Sequence record: PV625052.1
DNA: 45,245 nucleotides
From: Klebsiella phage vB_Kpn_003_Koku
Strand: one strand, 5' to 3'
In this document: piece by piece, positions 34,797 through 44,242 of the stretch
Layout: each line of letters opens with the position of its first letter
How positions within the stretch are numbered: the stretch's first letter is position 1
Notes under the pieces: model-generated
Databases searched by the model: none
What the model was told of the DNA's origin: nothing
Seen by the model: the letters and a program-made list of their open reading frames with translations, nothing else
Position numbers and translations under genes: made by a program

Positions 34797-37186
34797 TATA
34801 CCCTCTTTCTGGTTGGGTTATAGGAACCACTCCACTCAATGTCCCTGAGCTGGAACGTGTGAGGTGAAATGGAGATGATGCGGTACTCCACATCCGTACT
34901 CAGTGCTCTGAGTGGGAAAGAGAATGTACCACTTGTGGGTTTTACGTAACCCACCACGTTGTTCCTGGCACCGCCAACCCTGTTGGATGCCTTGGCGACC
35001 CTTACGGCCCCAGACTTCCTGTTGGTAATCTCCACAGTAAAGTCAGGATACCTGTCAAGGTTAAGGTGAACCAGTCCAATTACAGGGACGTCCTGGTATG
35101 ACACCCGGTCCTGGCTGTCTCGGATGATGACATCTGTAGGCACGAACTCTACCTTGTACATCTGACCCACCTTAGCTGCCAATACTTGGGCGGTATCGCC
35201 AAGACCATACTTGGTTGAGATGACACGTGTGCTAGGGTTATATTCGAACAAGAAGGCGCCACCTATATAGGCGGAGTTGCCACTCGTCAACACAGCCTCC
35301 AGCATCTCAACCTGAGTAGGGACCCAAGGTAGTGGAGATGACTTCCATGATAGCGTGGCTTCGTCCCATGTGAGGTTGACGGTTACCGTGCGGTCCATTC
35401 GAACCTGGTCGGAGCCGGATAGCAGTGGGTCGCCCATATACATAGCCTCAAGGAACACACCATCATTCCTCTTTATGATGAGGTACAAGGTCTCACCAGA
35501 GTAGTACAGGCCGCCGATAGTTGCTCCGTAGAACTCCCACTTGTGCCAAGCAGATTGCACCTTGTCTGTCCCCTGCCATAACCAGTCATAGACAAAGACA
35601 CGACTGCGATTATCCTCAGACAGAGCAAACAACCTGTTAAAGTTGGTGCTGCTTGCCATATGGTAGATGCCACCGCGTATCAGCTTGTTGACATGGCTAG
35701 TGACTGGCTGGGCCTTCTTGGTATCCGAGTAGGAGTCCGTATAGAACTCACGGATATTAGAGTAGGCACCGTCCTTCGTGGCGAACATCACAGCCTCACC
35801 TGTAACCACCGGGGCTACATTGGTGTCCACCTCAAAGGTTGTGGTGGGGCGCAACAGTGCGGTTGCCTTGGTCAGTGGCTTATCACCAGGTAGGATGAAC
35901 TGAGCATTGTCTGAGAACAACACCGTATCACCATCAAGAACCTTGGCATGCTTGAGGGCATACACCTCACTTGCATCTGCAAACACATCAATCGGGTCCG
36001 TATCCACAGCTGATAGTACCGTCTGCCGGAAGAACTGGAAGAAGTAAGATGTGCGAGACATAATGCAGGACTCTCCAGCAGCCAGGCATAACCTGTTTTG
36101 CACCATGAAGATATCACTGAGGCTCTGGTCAACAAAGGACGGCATAGGGTTGGTCAGCTCATCACCCACCGCCCGGTCATCCCAATAGCCTTGCTTGATG
36201 GTGAACTGAGCGATGCCGCCAACAATATTGGTGCGCTCGATGATGTATGGCATGGTTGCCCCATTAAAGCCCAGCACCTCATCTGCACCAAGAGTTTCCT
36301 GCCAGGTGACAAGGTTGCCATCCGCAGCCTCCGCCTTAAGCCAATAGCGAGACTCGGGCTTACTTCCGGTCGGCCATACCTGCACCAGGTATCCAACAGG
36401 GGCCTTGCTTGGGAGCAGGTCAGTCGAGGTCACCTTGTACTGGATGGCTACCAAATCTTTGCCCTTAGAGCCATCCTCCGTGTCCACCGTGAAGCTTGCC
36501 CCGCTGTGGCTAGAGATAACAATGGTAGTGCCCATGCGGGAGATAGAGTAATCACTTGCACCCGCCCAAGTTAACAGGTTGGTGTAGAGCTGTTCTGCAA
36601 TTACCTCTGTACGGATAGTCTCAACGTCACTTGCGCTCCCACCAGATGCTGTCTTGTACTCAGCTGCCTTAACACCATTAATGATAATCTGGTAGTTGGT
36701 CCCGTACTGACCATACGCACTGAATACCAGGGCAGTGCCACCAACAGCCTGGGTCTTATCTGCCCTTGCTCGAACAATCTTCGTTCGGTTAACCACAAAG
36801 GTAGTGTCGCCTACAGTGAAGAACTTGTAATCAACCCGAGGGTTATTACTGTTGAAGTAACTGGCAGCACCCTCGGTTTCCGTTACGGTACACTTGCGAC
36901 CTTGCTTGTCGAAGATGTCCGGGATGCCGAGTGGGTTGGTTATCATCCAGTATTCTTCCACATCATCACCACGACGATAATGATGAATGTTGGTGTTGTC
37001 CTGGATAAGGCCAAGGCCGCCAAGTCTTGCAATGTGCACCGTGCCTGGTCGGCTCTTGGTTCCCTCTACCACATCCATACTACAGTTGATTGCATCGGTG
37101 CACTGACCAGGTAGCCTCACAGATGCAGGCTGCTGGCTGATACCTTGTATCTGCCGACCTAACGAGCCTTGAACTTCCATTACCAC
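34796..37186 (-). CDS. Tail tubular protein B (T7 gp12-like)
   Basis: 796 aa. GISQQPASVRLPGQ matches T7 gp12 GISQQPDILRYPDQ. Confidence 0.9.
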   Translation of the reverse strand: MVMEVQGSLGRQIQGISQQPASVRLPGQCTDAINCSMDVVEGTKSRPGTVHIARLGGLGLIQDNTNIHHYRRGDDVEEYWMITNPLGIPDIFDKQGRKCTVTETEGAASYFNSNNPRVDYKFFTVGDTTFVVNRTKIVRARADKTQAVGGTALVFSAYGQYGTNYQIIINGVKAAEYKTASGGSASDVETIRTEVIAEQLYTNLLTWAGASDYSISRMGTTIVISSHSGASFTVDTEDGSKGKDLVAIQYKVTSTDLLPSKAPVGYLVQVWPTGSKPESRYWLKAEAADGNLVTWQETLGADEVLGFNGATMPYIIERTNIVGGIAQFTIKQGYWDDRAVGDELTNPMPSFVDQSLSDIFMVQNRLCLAAGESCIMSRTSYFFQFFRQTVLSAVDTDPIDVFADASEVYALKHAKVLDGDTVLFSDNAQFILPGDKPLTKATALLRPTTTFEVDTNVAPVVTGEAVMFATKDGAYSNIREFYTDSYSDTKKAQPVTSHVNKLIRGGIYHMASSTNFNRLFALSEDNRSRVFVYDWLWQGTDKVQSAWHKWEFYGATIGGLYYSGETLYLIIKRNDGVFLEAMYMGDPLLSGSDQVRMDRTVTVNLTWDEATLSWKSSPLPWVPTQVEMLEAVLTSGNSAYIGGAFLFEYNPSTRVISTKYGLGDTAQVLAAKVGQMYKVEFVPTDVIIRDSQDRVSYQDVPVIGLVHLNLDRYPDFTVEITNRKSGAVRVAKASNRVGGARNNVVGYVKPTSGTFSFPLRALSTDVEYRIISISPHTFQLRDIEWSGSYNPTRKRV

Positions 37187-37905
37187 CTCCAGGGTCTTAC
37201 AGGATATCGGTCATAAGGTGAGTGATCAAACCCTGCTGTGTTGTTAGGACCTCCCGCCATAATGCCGAAGTTTCTCTGGGTTGGGTTGTGTACCAACATG
37301 TTGAGCCTGCTCTGCTTAGACTCTTCCACCTGCATTCCGGTGTGAAGGTTGGCCGCCATTTGCATGTGCATCTGCAACTTGGTCTGGTCTGCATCCTTGG
37401 ATACGATAAACTCAGCAGCTGCCTGGTACGCAATGGCTTGCAGTACATTAAGTGGCATGTGCTCAAATGGAAGCATCAGCATCAGGTCTAACCAAATGAA
37501 ACCATCAGGACCTACCAGCGGTGACACATCAAATGAGTGCAGGGTGGTAGAGTACAAGCGGCCAGCACGGATTGTGATGTCAATCTTGCGGGTGTTAAGC
37601 GTGTACGCCTGGATGACCTGCAAGGTGTTATTAGGCAGCACCACCTCTCCATTAGAATCTGGGGCAAATGACCAGCGAGGTTCCCGATTAAACCACCAAC
37701 CTTTACCATCATTGTACTGTAATCGCTGGGATACAATATCAATCATGGTGTCTGCATCTTCTGCATCGAGGTCGCCAGAGGTAAGGTTGTCAACCCCACT
37801 GCGCCCAATGGCACGCATACATAGATTGACGGCATCCAGCTTGGTGCTCAGTGAGTTAAACTGAGACTCCGCCATGATGCTAGGGGTATCACTTTGAATT
37901 GGCAT
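37180..37905 (-). CDS. Tail tubular protein A (T7 gp11-like)
   Basis: VNLCMRAIG...LTSGDLDAEDA aligns with T7 gp11 VNDILASIG...LEGDANADAA. Start refined to ATG 37905 (AAGGAGAG Shine-Dalgarno); the track ORF extends to 37986. Confidence 0.85.
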   Translation of the reverse strand: MPIQSDTPSIMAESQFNSLSTKLDAVNLCMRAIGRSGVDNLTSGDLDAEDADTMIDIVSQRLQYNDGKGWWFNREPRWSFAPDSNGEVVLPNNTLQVIQAYTLNTRKIDITIRAGRLYSTTLHSFDVSPLVGPDGFIWLDLMLMLPFEHMPLNVLQAIAYQAAAEFIVSKDADQTKLQMHMQMAANLHTGMQVEESKQSRLNMLVHNPTQRNFGIMAGGPNNTAGFDHSPYDRYPVRPWRW

Positions 37906-38012
37906 TATCTCTCCTTTCAGCCACAGACACAGGACCTGTTGCCAGGACATAGCACCAGAAGCCAGCATACAAGAGTAAGGTAACACAGAGTAAATAATAC
38001 ATGTTCCCTCCT

Positions 38013-38050
38013 AAGCAAAAGAACCCCACCCCTCAGATAGAGAGATGGGG
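38013..38050 (-). terminator. T-phi-like terminator after the capsid gene
   Basis: The minus strand reads CCCCATCTCTC-tatct-GAGGGGTGGGG (an 11-bp stem with 2 G.U pairs) followed by TTCTTTTGCTT. Confidence 0.6.
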
Positions 38051-38056
38051 CTTGTA

Positions 38057-39148
38057 TTAGCTTACCGCTTTGGTCAGGATAACCTTGCGGTTCGCACGTT
38101 TGGTAACGACGGTGTCGTCAGTACCAGAGCCGCTCGGAGCACCAGTAGAGCCATCACGTGCAGTGGTGACAACAGACACAGCTTCCCAGCGATCCGGGAT
38201 TGCACCTTCGGCCAGGTAGGTGTCGATGTAGAAGGTCTTCTCCTTCTTCTCCCAGAAGATGTCGCCAGTCAGCTCGATGGTACGACCGACCAGCAGTGCA
38301 TCCATAGAGAAGATTACCGCCACCGCGCCAGCCATCGGTGCCGTGGTGTCGTAACGGAAACCGTTATCGGCATTGGACAGCTTGTGGTGCGCCGCGCCCT
38401 GAGAGAATTTCGGGAAGCGGTTAGACGGAACAACCGGGACGTTGAAGGATTTCAGAGCGAAGCCCTGTACCGTGCTTTCGTCAGCCAGGGTATAGCTGCG
38501 ATCGACGATACGATCCATGTCACGCAGTGCGTTGAAGAACTTCCACGGCATCAGGATGACCAGATCGGAGATGTCCACTTCCTGCTCCAGCTGCTGCTCC
38601 AGCGCATACTCGATAGCAGCGGCCAGATATTGCGGGGAGGTTTCAGCGGTATCCGCCGTGATGTTCACGTTGATGGAGAAGCCATGACCAGGCACGCGCG
38701 GGTTGGTGCGAAGAGCTTTGGTGTTGCTAATACCACCCAGCAGCAGCTGCTGCACAACCATCTCATCTTCCAGGCGCTTAAGCTGCTTGGCCTGGTTTAC
38801 AGCGATCTTCGGCTTGAGGCTGTCGATGTCACCCTGGACATCATGCAGCATTGCTACAGTGTTACGGGCGATAACGGTGGTGTCGATGACAACCTGGTTT
38901 TTATCGGCCTTGGTCGGGGTAGCTGCCGGAGACTGGCCCGGTGCCAGCACCTGGATTTCAGTTTCACCCAGGTATTTGTTGGACACGGTGTTGGTGCCAG
39001 TTACAGTTTCCACCTGGAAGTGGCTCAGCAGGTTCTCGCCTTTCAGATACTGCTCGCGTACCTTGCCGTTAAACTTCTCGATCAGAAGACTGTCAACCTC
39101 ACCGGAGTGGGATACGGCAACGTTAGTCAGTACGTTAGGTGTAGACAT
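38057..39148 (-). CDS. Major capsid protein (T7 gp10-like, HK97 fold)
   Basis: 363 aa with a dedicated promoter and leader hairpin. Its position and size match T7-like major capsid proteins. Confidence 0.9.
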   Translation of the reverse strand: MSTPNVLTNVAVSHSGEVDSLLIEKFNGKVREQYLKGENLLSHFQVETVTGTNTVSNKYLGETEIQVLAPGQSPAATPTKADKNQVVIDTTVIARNTVAMLHDVQGDIDSLKPKIAVNQAKQLKRLEDEMVVQQLLLGGISNTKALRTNPRVPGHGFSINVNITADTAETSPQYLAAAIEYALEQQLEQEVDISDLVILMPWKFFNALRDMDRIVDRSYTLADESTVQGFALKSFNVPVVPSNRFPKFSQGAAHHKLSNADNGFRYDTTAPMAGAVAVIFSMDALLVGRTIELTGDIFWEKKEKTFYIDTYLAEGAIPDRWEAVSVVTTARDGSTGAPSGSGTDDTVVTKRANRKVILTKAVS

Positions 39149-39206
39149 TATTTCTCCTTATAAACTATTGAAATAGTAGGGAATTACGAATGCCGCGATT
39201 CCCTGC

Positions 39207-39226
39207 TTCTATACTCGCCACTATTA
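39207..39226 (-). promoter_or_regulatory. Phage RNAP promoter for the capsid gene (phi10 analogue); its TAA is the stop of the scaffold C-terminal ORF
   Basis: The plus strand reads ttctatactcgccactatta. The leader contains a GGGAAT...ATTCCC hairpin. Confidence 0.8.
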
Positions 39227-39589
39227 AATGCCGCGAGCCATCCCGGCACGACGGCGCTCATCCAGTGCCTTCTCTGCGGCAGCGGCCCCAGCGCGGTCAC
39301 CTTTAAACTTGGTGCTCAGCTCAGCGATGGCCTTCATGTATTCCGCAGAAGTCAGCGGGCCATTCTCGTTGGAGACACGGGCCGCATCAGCTTGGATGAG
39401 GGTAACCGACGGGTCGCCCTGTGCAGCAGCACGGCGGGCCTCCAGGTCCTTCACAGCGAGCTGCTGGAAATACATGTTGCCTGAGCGCATGCTCTCGTTG
39501 AACTGCTCCAGCTCCTCATCGCTGAGGGTTTCCAGGGCGAACTGCTCCAGGCGCGACCAACCTTCATCACCACCTACCGTGGCAGACAC
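39224..39589 (-). CDS. Scaffolding protein, C-terminal part (-1 frame relative to 39574..40077)
   Basis: Acidic helical protein (EELEQFNESMR...), placed between portal and capsid as T7 gp9 is. The ORF opens about 100 nt before the upstream ORF closes. Confidence 0.55.
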   Translation of the reverse strand: MSATVGGDEGWSRLEQFALETLSDEELEQFNESMRSGNMYFQQLAVKDLEARRAAAQGDPSVTLIQADAARVSNENGPLTSAEYMKAIAELSTKFKGDRAGAAAAEKALDERRRAGMARGI

Positions 39590-40077
39590 CAGGCCATATC
39601 GCTCGGTATCCGCAGCCTTGGCGCTGGGCAGCTTCCCGCTCCTGGGATCGCAAAGAAGTTTTCGTTGGTTGCCTTGAGGCCGGACAGGTAGGCATCCACT
39701 GCGAATTTACCAAAGGCTTCATAGAGCTTGCCCTTGGTTTCTTCGGACAGCTCAAACTTACCTTCCTTGCTGTAAAGCTCAGCAGCAATGGCTTTGGCGT
39801 CCAGACCTTTCTCACTGAGGGCCGTGCTGACATCTTCCGGGATGTCGATGCTTACACTTACGTCACCGAAGAAGTATTCCGGCTCTTCCACGGGCGCGGG
39901 GTCATCTGGCTGAGGTTGACCATCCTCTCCGCCATCTCCTTGTTCTCCTTCCGGTTTCTGCGATCCATCACAGTCCGGGACATCAGCTCCCACAACAGGT
40001 ACAGTATCAGGAGAAGTATCAACAGATTGCTCATTGGGCACCTCAGTAGTGATTTCAGTAGTAATTTCAGGTTCCAT
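39574..40077 (-). CDS. Scaffolding protein, N-terminal part
   Basis: Highly acidic N-terminus (EPEITTEITTEVPNEQ...DGGEDGQPQPDD) directly after the portal gene. The last 25 residues (...AIPGAGSCPAPRLRIPSDMAWCLPR) look like frame-shifted read-through. Confidence 0.55.
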   Translation of the reverse strand: MEPEITTEITTEVPNEQSVDTSPDTVPVVGADVPDCDGSQKPEGEQGDGGEDGQPQPDDPAPVEEPEYFFGDVSVSIDIPEDVSTALSEKGLDAKAIAAELYSKEGKFELSEETKGKLYEAFGKFAVDAYLSGLKATNENFFAIPGAGSCPAPRLRIPSDMAWCLPR

Positions 40078-40215
40078 TATAACTCCTGTAAACCTTGGTT
40101 AATGACTTGAGGGATGGCCTGTGCCACACCTTCATTGAGTGTTTGGTCTGCTTGTTGTTCCTGTGCTTGCTCCGCAGCAGCCGAGGCTTCCTCTTCGGAC
40201 ATGAGGAATGGGAAG

Positions 40216-41646
40216 TCAGCCGATATCTGACCACGAACCCAATCCATGTACTCGGTAGGCTTGATCGCTTGCTTGCGCCCACTGAGGCCAGGTGGCGGTT
40301 AGGGTGATGTAGTTTGAGAACTGAGCAAGCTTATCCAGCTCAGCCATACGACCTAACGCCTCAATACCTGTGATGATTACCGGGTCGATGAATTCTGAGC
40401 CAAAGGACCCAGCATTCTCCTGCAAACCCCAAATAGCCATCGGCTGCTGCATCGTTACAGAGAACAACGAGTACGCACCACCCAGACTCTGCTCCACTTC
40501 CATAGCGTCGCGTTGAATCTCTAAGGCAGTCACGCGCTCAGCATCTCGCCGCACCAAAGACTCCATCATGAAGACTACGCCAATCCTTCGGACGTACTTC
40601 TCTAATACTGCATCGATGGGTGTAAGGTCAGCGTACTTGCCGAGCTGGACGATGTGGATGTCTTCCTCAACACCCGTGATTACCTCACCAGTGCCAGAGT
40701 TAACGAAGTGTTCCACATCAGTTTGAGCACCTGGACGAATCAGGTACTTGATGTCTGCCATAAGCGCAGCACCACGTGCCACCGCCTCAGACAGGAATTG
40801 GATAACAAAGAGGTCCCCAGAGTAATCCTCACATAAAGGACGACCCCAATCCTCACCATAGGACCGCTTCCAGGTAAGCACCATGAACGGAAGCTTATCC
40901 GTCTTGACCCGGCTAGATTTACCGACTGGCAAATCATCTGCCGACTGCTGCACTTTCCAGAAGCCATCACCCTCATAGCATGCGTGAGTATAGAGCTTCA
41001 CGTTATCGCTATCCTTGAGCTGCTTACCACGTCTTGCCGCCTGAATGGCAGCACGCAGGGCAGGCTCGAAGGTGCGTAACGCTTTCTCCTGCAACAGGAT
41101 GATGTCCATTAGCTGACCATTGGTATCCCGCTGGACAGCATAATGATGCATCGGGATGCAGCTGATAGGGCCAGCTGGGTCGTTTGCAGACTTAACTGGT
41201 TTGTACAGCATGCAGTTGCCAGCCACCAGTAGGTGCTTAAAGGCCTCAACTACCGCAGGGCGGAATTGCCGAGCGTCGAGTGCCTTCATGGCCTGTGTCT
41301 CTATCTTAGCGAACACCGTGGCAAGCTTGGTCTTCTGGTATCCCCGCTCAAGCAGCGCCTTCTCACCTTTAACCGTAAGGTCAACACGGAAGAACGATCG
41401 CTGGGCAGGGAACAATACCTGTGCCAGTTTGTTAGCCAGGTGGTTCGTTGCCTGTGCGCCTGTGCCTTGCCAGCCATTCTGGGCTGACTCATTGTTACCA
41501 GGCTCGTTGAGCAGGTAGGGAAGGGTAAGCCTTGCGTAATGCTTGGCCCTGTCCAGGAACTCATTACGCTTGCGGGAGAGCTTCTCCCAGAGTTCAGGGA
41601 TCTTACTCTTCTTACCGCTATATGAAGCCCCGCCACGGATGTCCAT
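40216..41646 (-). CDS. Portal (head-tail connector) protein, T7 gp8-like
   Basis: WQGTGAQATNHLANKLAQVLFP and LLVAGNCMLYKP match T7 gp8 PWQAVGARGLNNLASKLMLALFP and LVVAGNVLLYLP. Confidence 0.9.
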   Translation of the reverse strand: MDIRGGASYSGKKSKIPELWEKLSRKRNEFLDRAKHYARLTLPYLLNEPGNNESAQNGWQGTGAQATNHLANKLAQVLFPAQRSFFRVDLTVKGEKALLERGYQKTKLATVFAKIETQAMKALDARQFRPAVVEAFKHLLVAGNCMLYKPVKSANDPAGPISCIPMHHYAVQRDTNGQLMDIILLQEKALRTFEPALRAAIQAARRGKQLKDSDNVKLYTHACYEGDGFWKVQQSADDLPVGKSSRVKTDKLPFMVLTWKRSYGEDWGRPLCEDYSGDLFVIQFLSEAVARGAALMADIKYLIRPGAQTDVEHFVNSGTGEVITGVEEDIHIVQLGKYADLTPIDAVLEKYVRRIGVVFMMESLVRRDAERVTALEIQRDAMEVEQSLGGAYSLFSVTMQQPMAIWGLQENAGSFGSEFIDPVIITGIEALGRMAELDKLAQFSNYITLTATWPQWAQASDQAYRVHGLGSWSDIG

Positions 41647-41647
41647 A

Positions 41648-41854
41648 TTACACCCCCAGGCTGGAGGCTACCGGACGAACCAGGCTACGCTTGCCTTTAC
41701 CGCCAACACTGTTGGAGTCATCAGCACCGATAGTGACTGCATCCGCACCAACCTCTGCTTGACGCTCAAGCTGCTGGGCAGGTACTTTGGTTTCAAGGGT
41801 GGGTGTCTTTGAAGCCAACCCAACAGCCTTGAATGCCTTGTTGACAATACTCAT
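41648..41854 (-). CDS. Hypothetical protein (68 aa)
   Basis: ORF between the GNAT and portal genes. Its stop sits 2 nt before the portal ATG. Confidence 0.45.
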   Translation of the reverse strand: MSIVNKAFKAVGLASKTPTLETKVPAQQLERQAEVGADAVTIGADDSNSVGGKGKRSLVRPVASSLGV

Positions 41855-41862
41855 CTTGTCTC

Positions 41863-42324
41863 CTAAAACTTGTGATTGTACACAGTGCCGAAGGGTGAAA
41901 ACCCAAGAAGGTAATACATCTTACCGACACGCTCCTCATTGATACCAGAGGCCAGAGACAGTCTTACTTCCTTGCAACCTTGAGATTCAGCCCAATTGCG
42001 CCAGGCCTTAATCAGACCCATGCCGACAGCTGTACCACGAAACTCTGGGGTTACGTAGAACAGGTAATCGCTGGCAACTAAGGTTAAGTCCCACGGGGCA
42101 AGCATGTGAGTGCCGCCCCATAAGAAACCAACAACCTCATTATCTCGCACAGCTACGTGCAAGAACAAGGCTTCATGGGAGATTGCCAAGGCAAGATGGT
42201 GGGCGCTCTCAGCTGCATTCCAGCTTGCCGAATGGTGGCCCACAGTCTTGACCTCTTGCTCAACGTAACGATTACCAAGGTTGATAATCGCTGGTACATC
42301 CAGAAGGCAAGCGGGTCTTATCAT
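41863..42324 (-). CDS. GNAT-family N-acetyltransferase
   Basis: 153 aa with an acetyl-CoA-binding-like RGTAVGMGLI motif (the R/Q-x-x-G-x-G/A pattern) and a GNAT-like beta-alpha layout. Confidence 0.65.
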   Translation of the reverse strand: MIRPACLLDVPAIINLGNRYVEQEVKTVGHHSASWNAAESAHHLALAISHEALFLHVAVRDNEVVGFLWGGTHMLAPWDLTLVASDYLFYVTPEFRGTAVGMGLIKAWRNWAESQGCKEVRLSLASGINEERVGKMYYLLGFSPFGTVYNHKF

Positions 42325-42497
42325 GCATTTACCTGTATGTTGTGTTCGATACAGGCAAGGATGTGCCGCTTACATTCATCCCACACAAGCTGCTCGTGCG
42401 TCTTGGTGACGCTAGGTGCGCTCGGGCGGAGGATGTTATCAACAAGGATGCGATAGGCTTCCTCGTTCATATAGGCTTTCTTATTCGGAGTCTTCAT
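42321..42497 (-). CDS. Possible small ORF (58 aa; MKTPNKKAYMNEEAYRILVDN...). Not in the ORF track because it is shorter than 60 aa.
   Basis: It fills an otherwise empty 156-nt gap and has ATGA-type overlaps with both neighbours. Confidence 0.3.
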   Translation of the reverse strand: MKTPNKKAYMNEEAYRILVDNILRPSAPSVTKTHEQLVWDECKRHILACIEHNIQVNA

Positions 42498-42672
42498 CTT
42501 CTACTCCGTAGATCTCTTCCACTTTCTCCCGGATTGCCTCAACAGACAACCCGAGTTCCTCAGCATCTGCCAGGAGATTGTAACCTGGCTCCATGCCACA
42601 CGACAGGCTTTCGAAGATAGCCTCAGCTACCTCAACTGCCCGTGTGGCTCGCATTGAATCTAAACTACGCAT
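42481..42672 (-). CDS. Hypothetical small acidic protein (about 63 aa, from MRSLDS...)
   Basis: ORF immediately downstream of the ligase; its N-terminal extension in the track would overlap the ligase. Confidence 0.45.
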   Translation of the reverse strand: MRSLDSMRATRAVEVAEAIFESLSCGMEPGYNLLADAEELGLSVEAIREKVEEIYGVEDEDSE

Positions 42673-43624
42673 CGGCGTCCTCCTTATCATGCCGCAGCTC
42701 GCCAACTTTAGGAAGTCGAATCTTCCCTTTGCTGGAGTCTTGCAGACCATAGACAGTGAAGATGCGACCGATTACATTAAGTTCGCCGCCATTCTTAATC
42801 TCGTTATACATACGGGTTGCATCTTCATGAGACCAACCCTTCCCCAGCATAGCCTTCACCTTCTGAGTGCCATGCCACTTGAAGATAAGGTTTGCCACCT
42901 TACCTGTGTATTTGCCTTTACCTTCTTCCCAGCCGATGCAGCGTAGGTCATACGCAACTGTGCGTACAATCTTCATCTGCCGCCAGCCTTTGTGGCCTGC
43001 CTCCCAATCAACATCCCGCTTGAAGACAGCACCCTCACGACCAGCATCAATGTGCTTTTGTGCGAAGGCCTCGACCTCTTCCCAGGTATTGCACTTGGTG
43101 ATTGGTAGGTAGTTGTCATAGACACAAAGGATGTTCGGAACAAGGTGTGCCGTGATTCGCTTGACCAGACCAGCATGACGCTTGGTGAATGGTGCAACAG
43201 CAACGCCACCTATGAAGTCTGACAGCGTGACCATATCAAAGAAGTCGATATACAAATCATCTTTGATTTGCTGACCGATGAAGTCCAGGTCATTCACACG
43301 GTCAGGGTTGACCACACCAGACAGGGCTTCCAGGTAGATGTCCACAGCCATAGACTGTAGCTCACCAAGATATACACCAGCTGGCAGGCAGGAGAACCGA
43401 GACTCCAGGTGCTCAACATTGCTGAGCTTCTTACCTGTACGCCCGAAGATACCCACCCTGCCATCGTGGCGAACCACAGTTGCGCTAAAGATACCATCAC
43501 GTTTTACCTGGGCATACAGTGGCAATTGCCGCTTGCTCTCCGGGACTTCCTCCATGTGCTTGACCAGCTGCACCGGGTGATTACGGTGGTCCCAAGATAG
43601 ACCCAGGAATTCAAAGATATTCAT
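42665..43624 (-). CDS. ATP-dependent DNA ligase
   Basis: 319 aa. The adenylation motif I YAQVKRDG (a KxDG lysine) lies near the N-terminus. Size and position resemble T7 gp1.3. Confidence 0.85.
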   Translation of the reverse strand: MNIFEFLGLSWDHRNHPVQLVKHMEEVPESKRQLPLYAQVKRDGIFSATVVRHDGRVGIFGRTGKKLSNVEHLESRFSCLPAGVYLGELQSMAVDIYLEALSGVVNPDRVNDLDFIGQQIKDDLYIDFFDMVTLSDFIGGVAVAPFTKRHAGLVKRITAHLVPNILCVYDNYLPITKCNTWEEVEAFAQKHIDAGREGAVFKRDVDWEAGHKGWRQMKIVRTVAYDLRCIGWEEGKGKYTGKVANLIFKWHGTQKVKAMLGKGWSHEDATRMYNEIKNGGELNVIGRIFTVYGLQDSSKGKIRLPKVGELRHDKEDADA

Positions 43625-43836
43625 AGGTCACCTACCGGGATTATGACATGGCTTTTTACACACATCCACGTTGTTGGGTATTTGTCTGACTTGTTTGAAA
43701 TGCACAAGTCAGTCCCTTTTCTCATAAAGGAGAAGGCATCCGTGTTATATACAAAGGCAGAAGGTCTAAGGCACATTCCACCCCCTGGCTCTGCAAAGAA
43801 CAACCCGCTCTTTTTCTCACGAATCAGAAATCTCAT
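43621..43836 (-). CDS. Hypothetical protein (71 aa)
   Basis: Its start overlaps the MazG stop and its stop overlaps the ligase start, a translational-coupling signature. Confidence 0.45.
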   Translation of the reverse strand: MRFLIREKKSGLFFAEPGGGMCLRPSAFVYNTDAFSFMRKGTDLCISNKSDKYPTTWMCVKSHVIIPVGDL

Positions 43837-44228
43837 TTGCGTAACTCCTTATCCAGGAGGAACATGATGTTAACTGCTGCGTGTGCCAGGTGAAGCTCAC
43901 CAGACTCTGGGTCTACCTTCTCACCCTTGTGATGCTGGGTGAGGTGTCGCATAAGTGCATCCAGGTAGCGCATCTCACCTTCTGGGACTTTATCCCAATT
44001 ACCAACGGCATACTTGTCGGCCCCGAAGCCAAGCAGCGTGCCAAGCTTCTCGAATGCATGCGGTACTTCTACCAGCACCAGGCCAAGACGTGGCTTACCT
44101 TGGTCGGCCTTGACGCCAACCGGGATTGGTTTGCAATCACAGTAGGGTAAGCCCCTCTGGCAGGAGCAATTTGGGTTATGATTAACCCCATATACTTTTT
44201 CTGCGCTTGGTCCATCTACTAAGCTCAT
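43833..44228 (-). CDS. MazG-like nucleoside triphosphate pyrophosphohydrolase (tentative)
   Basis: Start refined to MSLVDG (GGAGGTAG Shine-Dalgarno). It carries an EExGELxHAAVNIMFLL-type helix typical of all-alpha NTP-PPase/MazG proteins. Confidence 0.55.
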   Translation of the reverse strand: MSLVDGPSAEKVYGVNHNPNCSCQRGLPYCDCKPIPVGVKADQGKPRLGLVLVEVPHAFEKLGTLLGFGADKYAVGNWDKVPEGEMRYLDALMRHLTQHHKGEKVDPESGELHLAHAAVNIMFLLDKELRK

Positions 44229-44242
44229 GCTACCTCCAATAA

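Noticed and set aside
37906-37986. N-terminal extensions of track ORFs (tail tubular A 268 aa, tailspike 2 681 aa, exonuclease 375 aa, MazG 154 aa, holin 76 aa)
   Set aside because: The extensions overlap upstream genes or terminators, lack Shine-Dalgarno sequences and have odd composition. Internal ATGs with strong Shine-Dalgarno sequences and homology-consistent N-termini were preferred.
38045-39163. Plus-strand ORF of 372 aa, and many other plus-strand ORFs (for example 28116..29033, 32436..33068, 22671..23225, 13006..13482)
   Set aside because: They are antisense shadows of well-supported minus-strand genes (capsid, internal virion proteins, RNAP and others). They lack Shine-Dalgarno sequences and promoters, have low-complexity Arg/Ser/Leu-rich translations, and nothing else in the window is coded on the plus strand.
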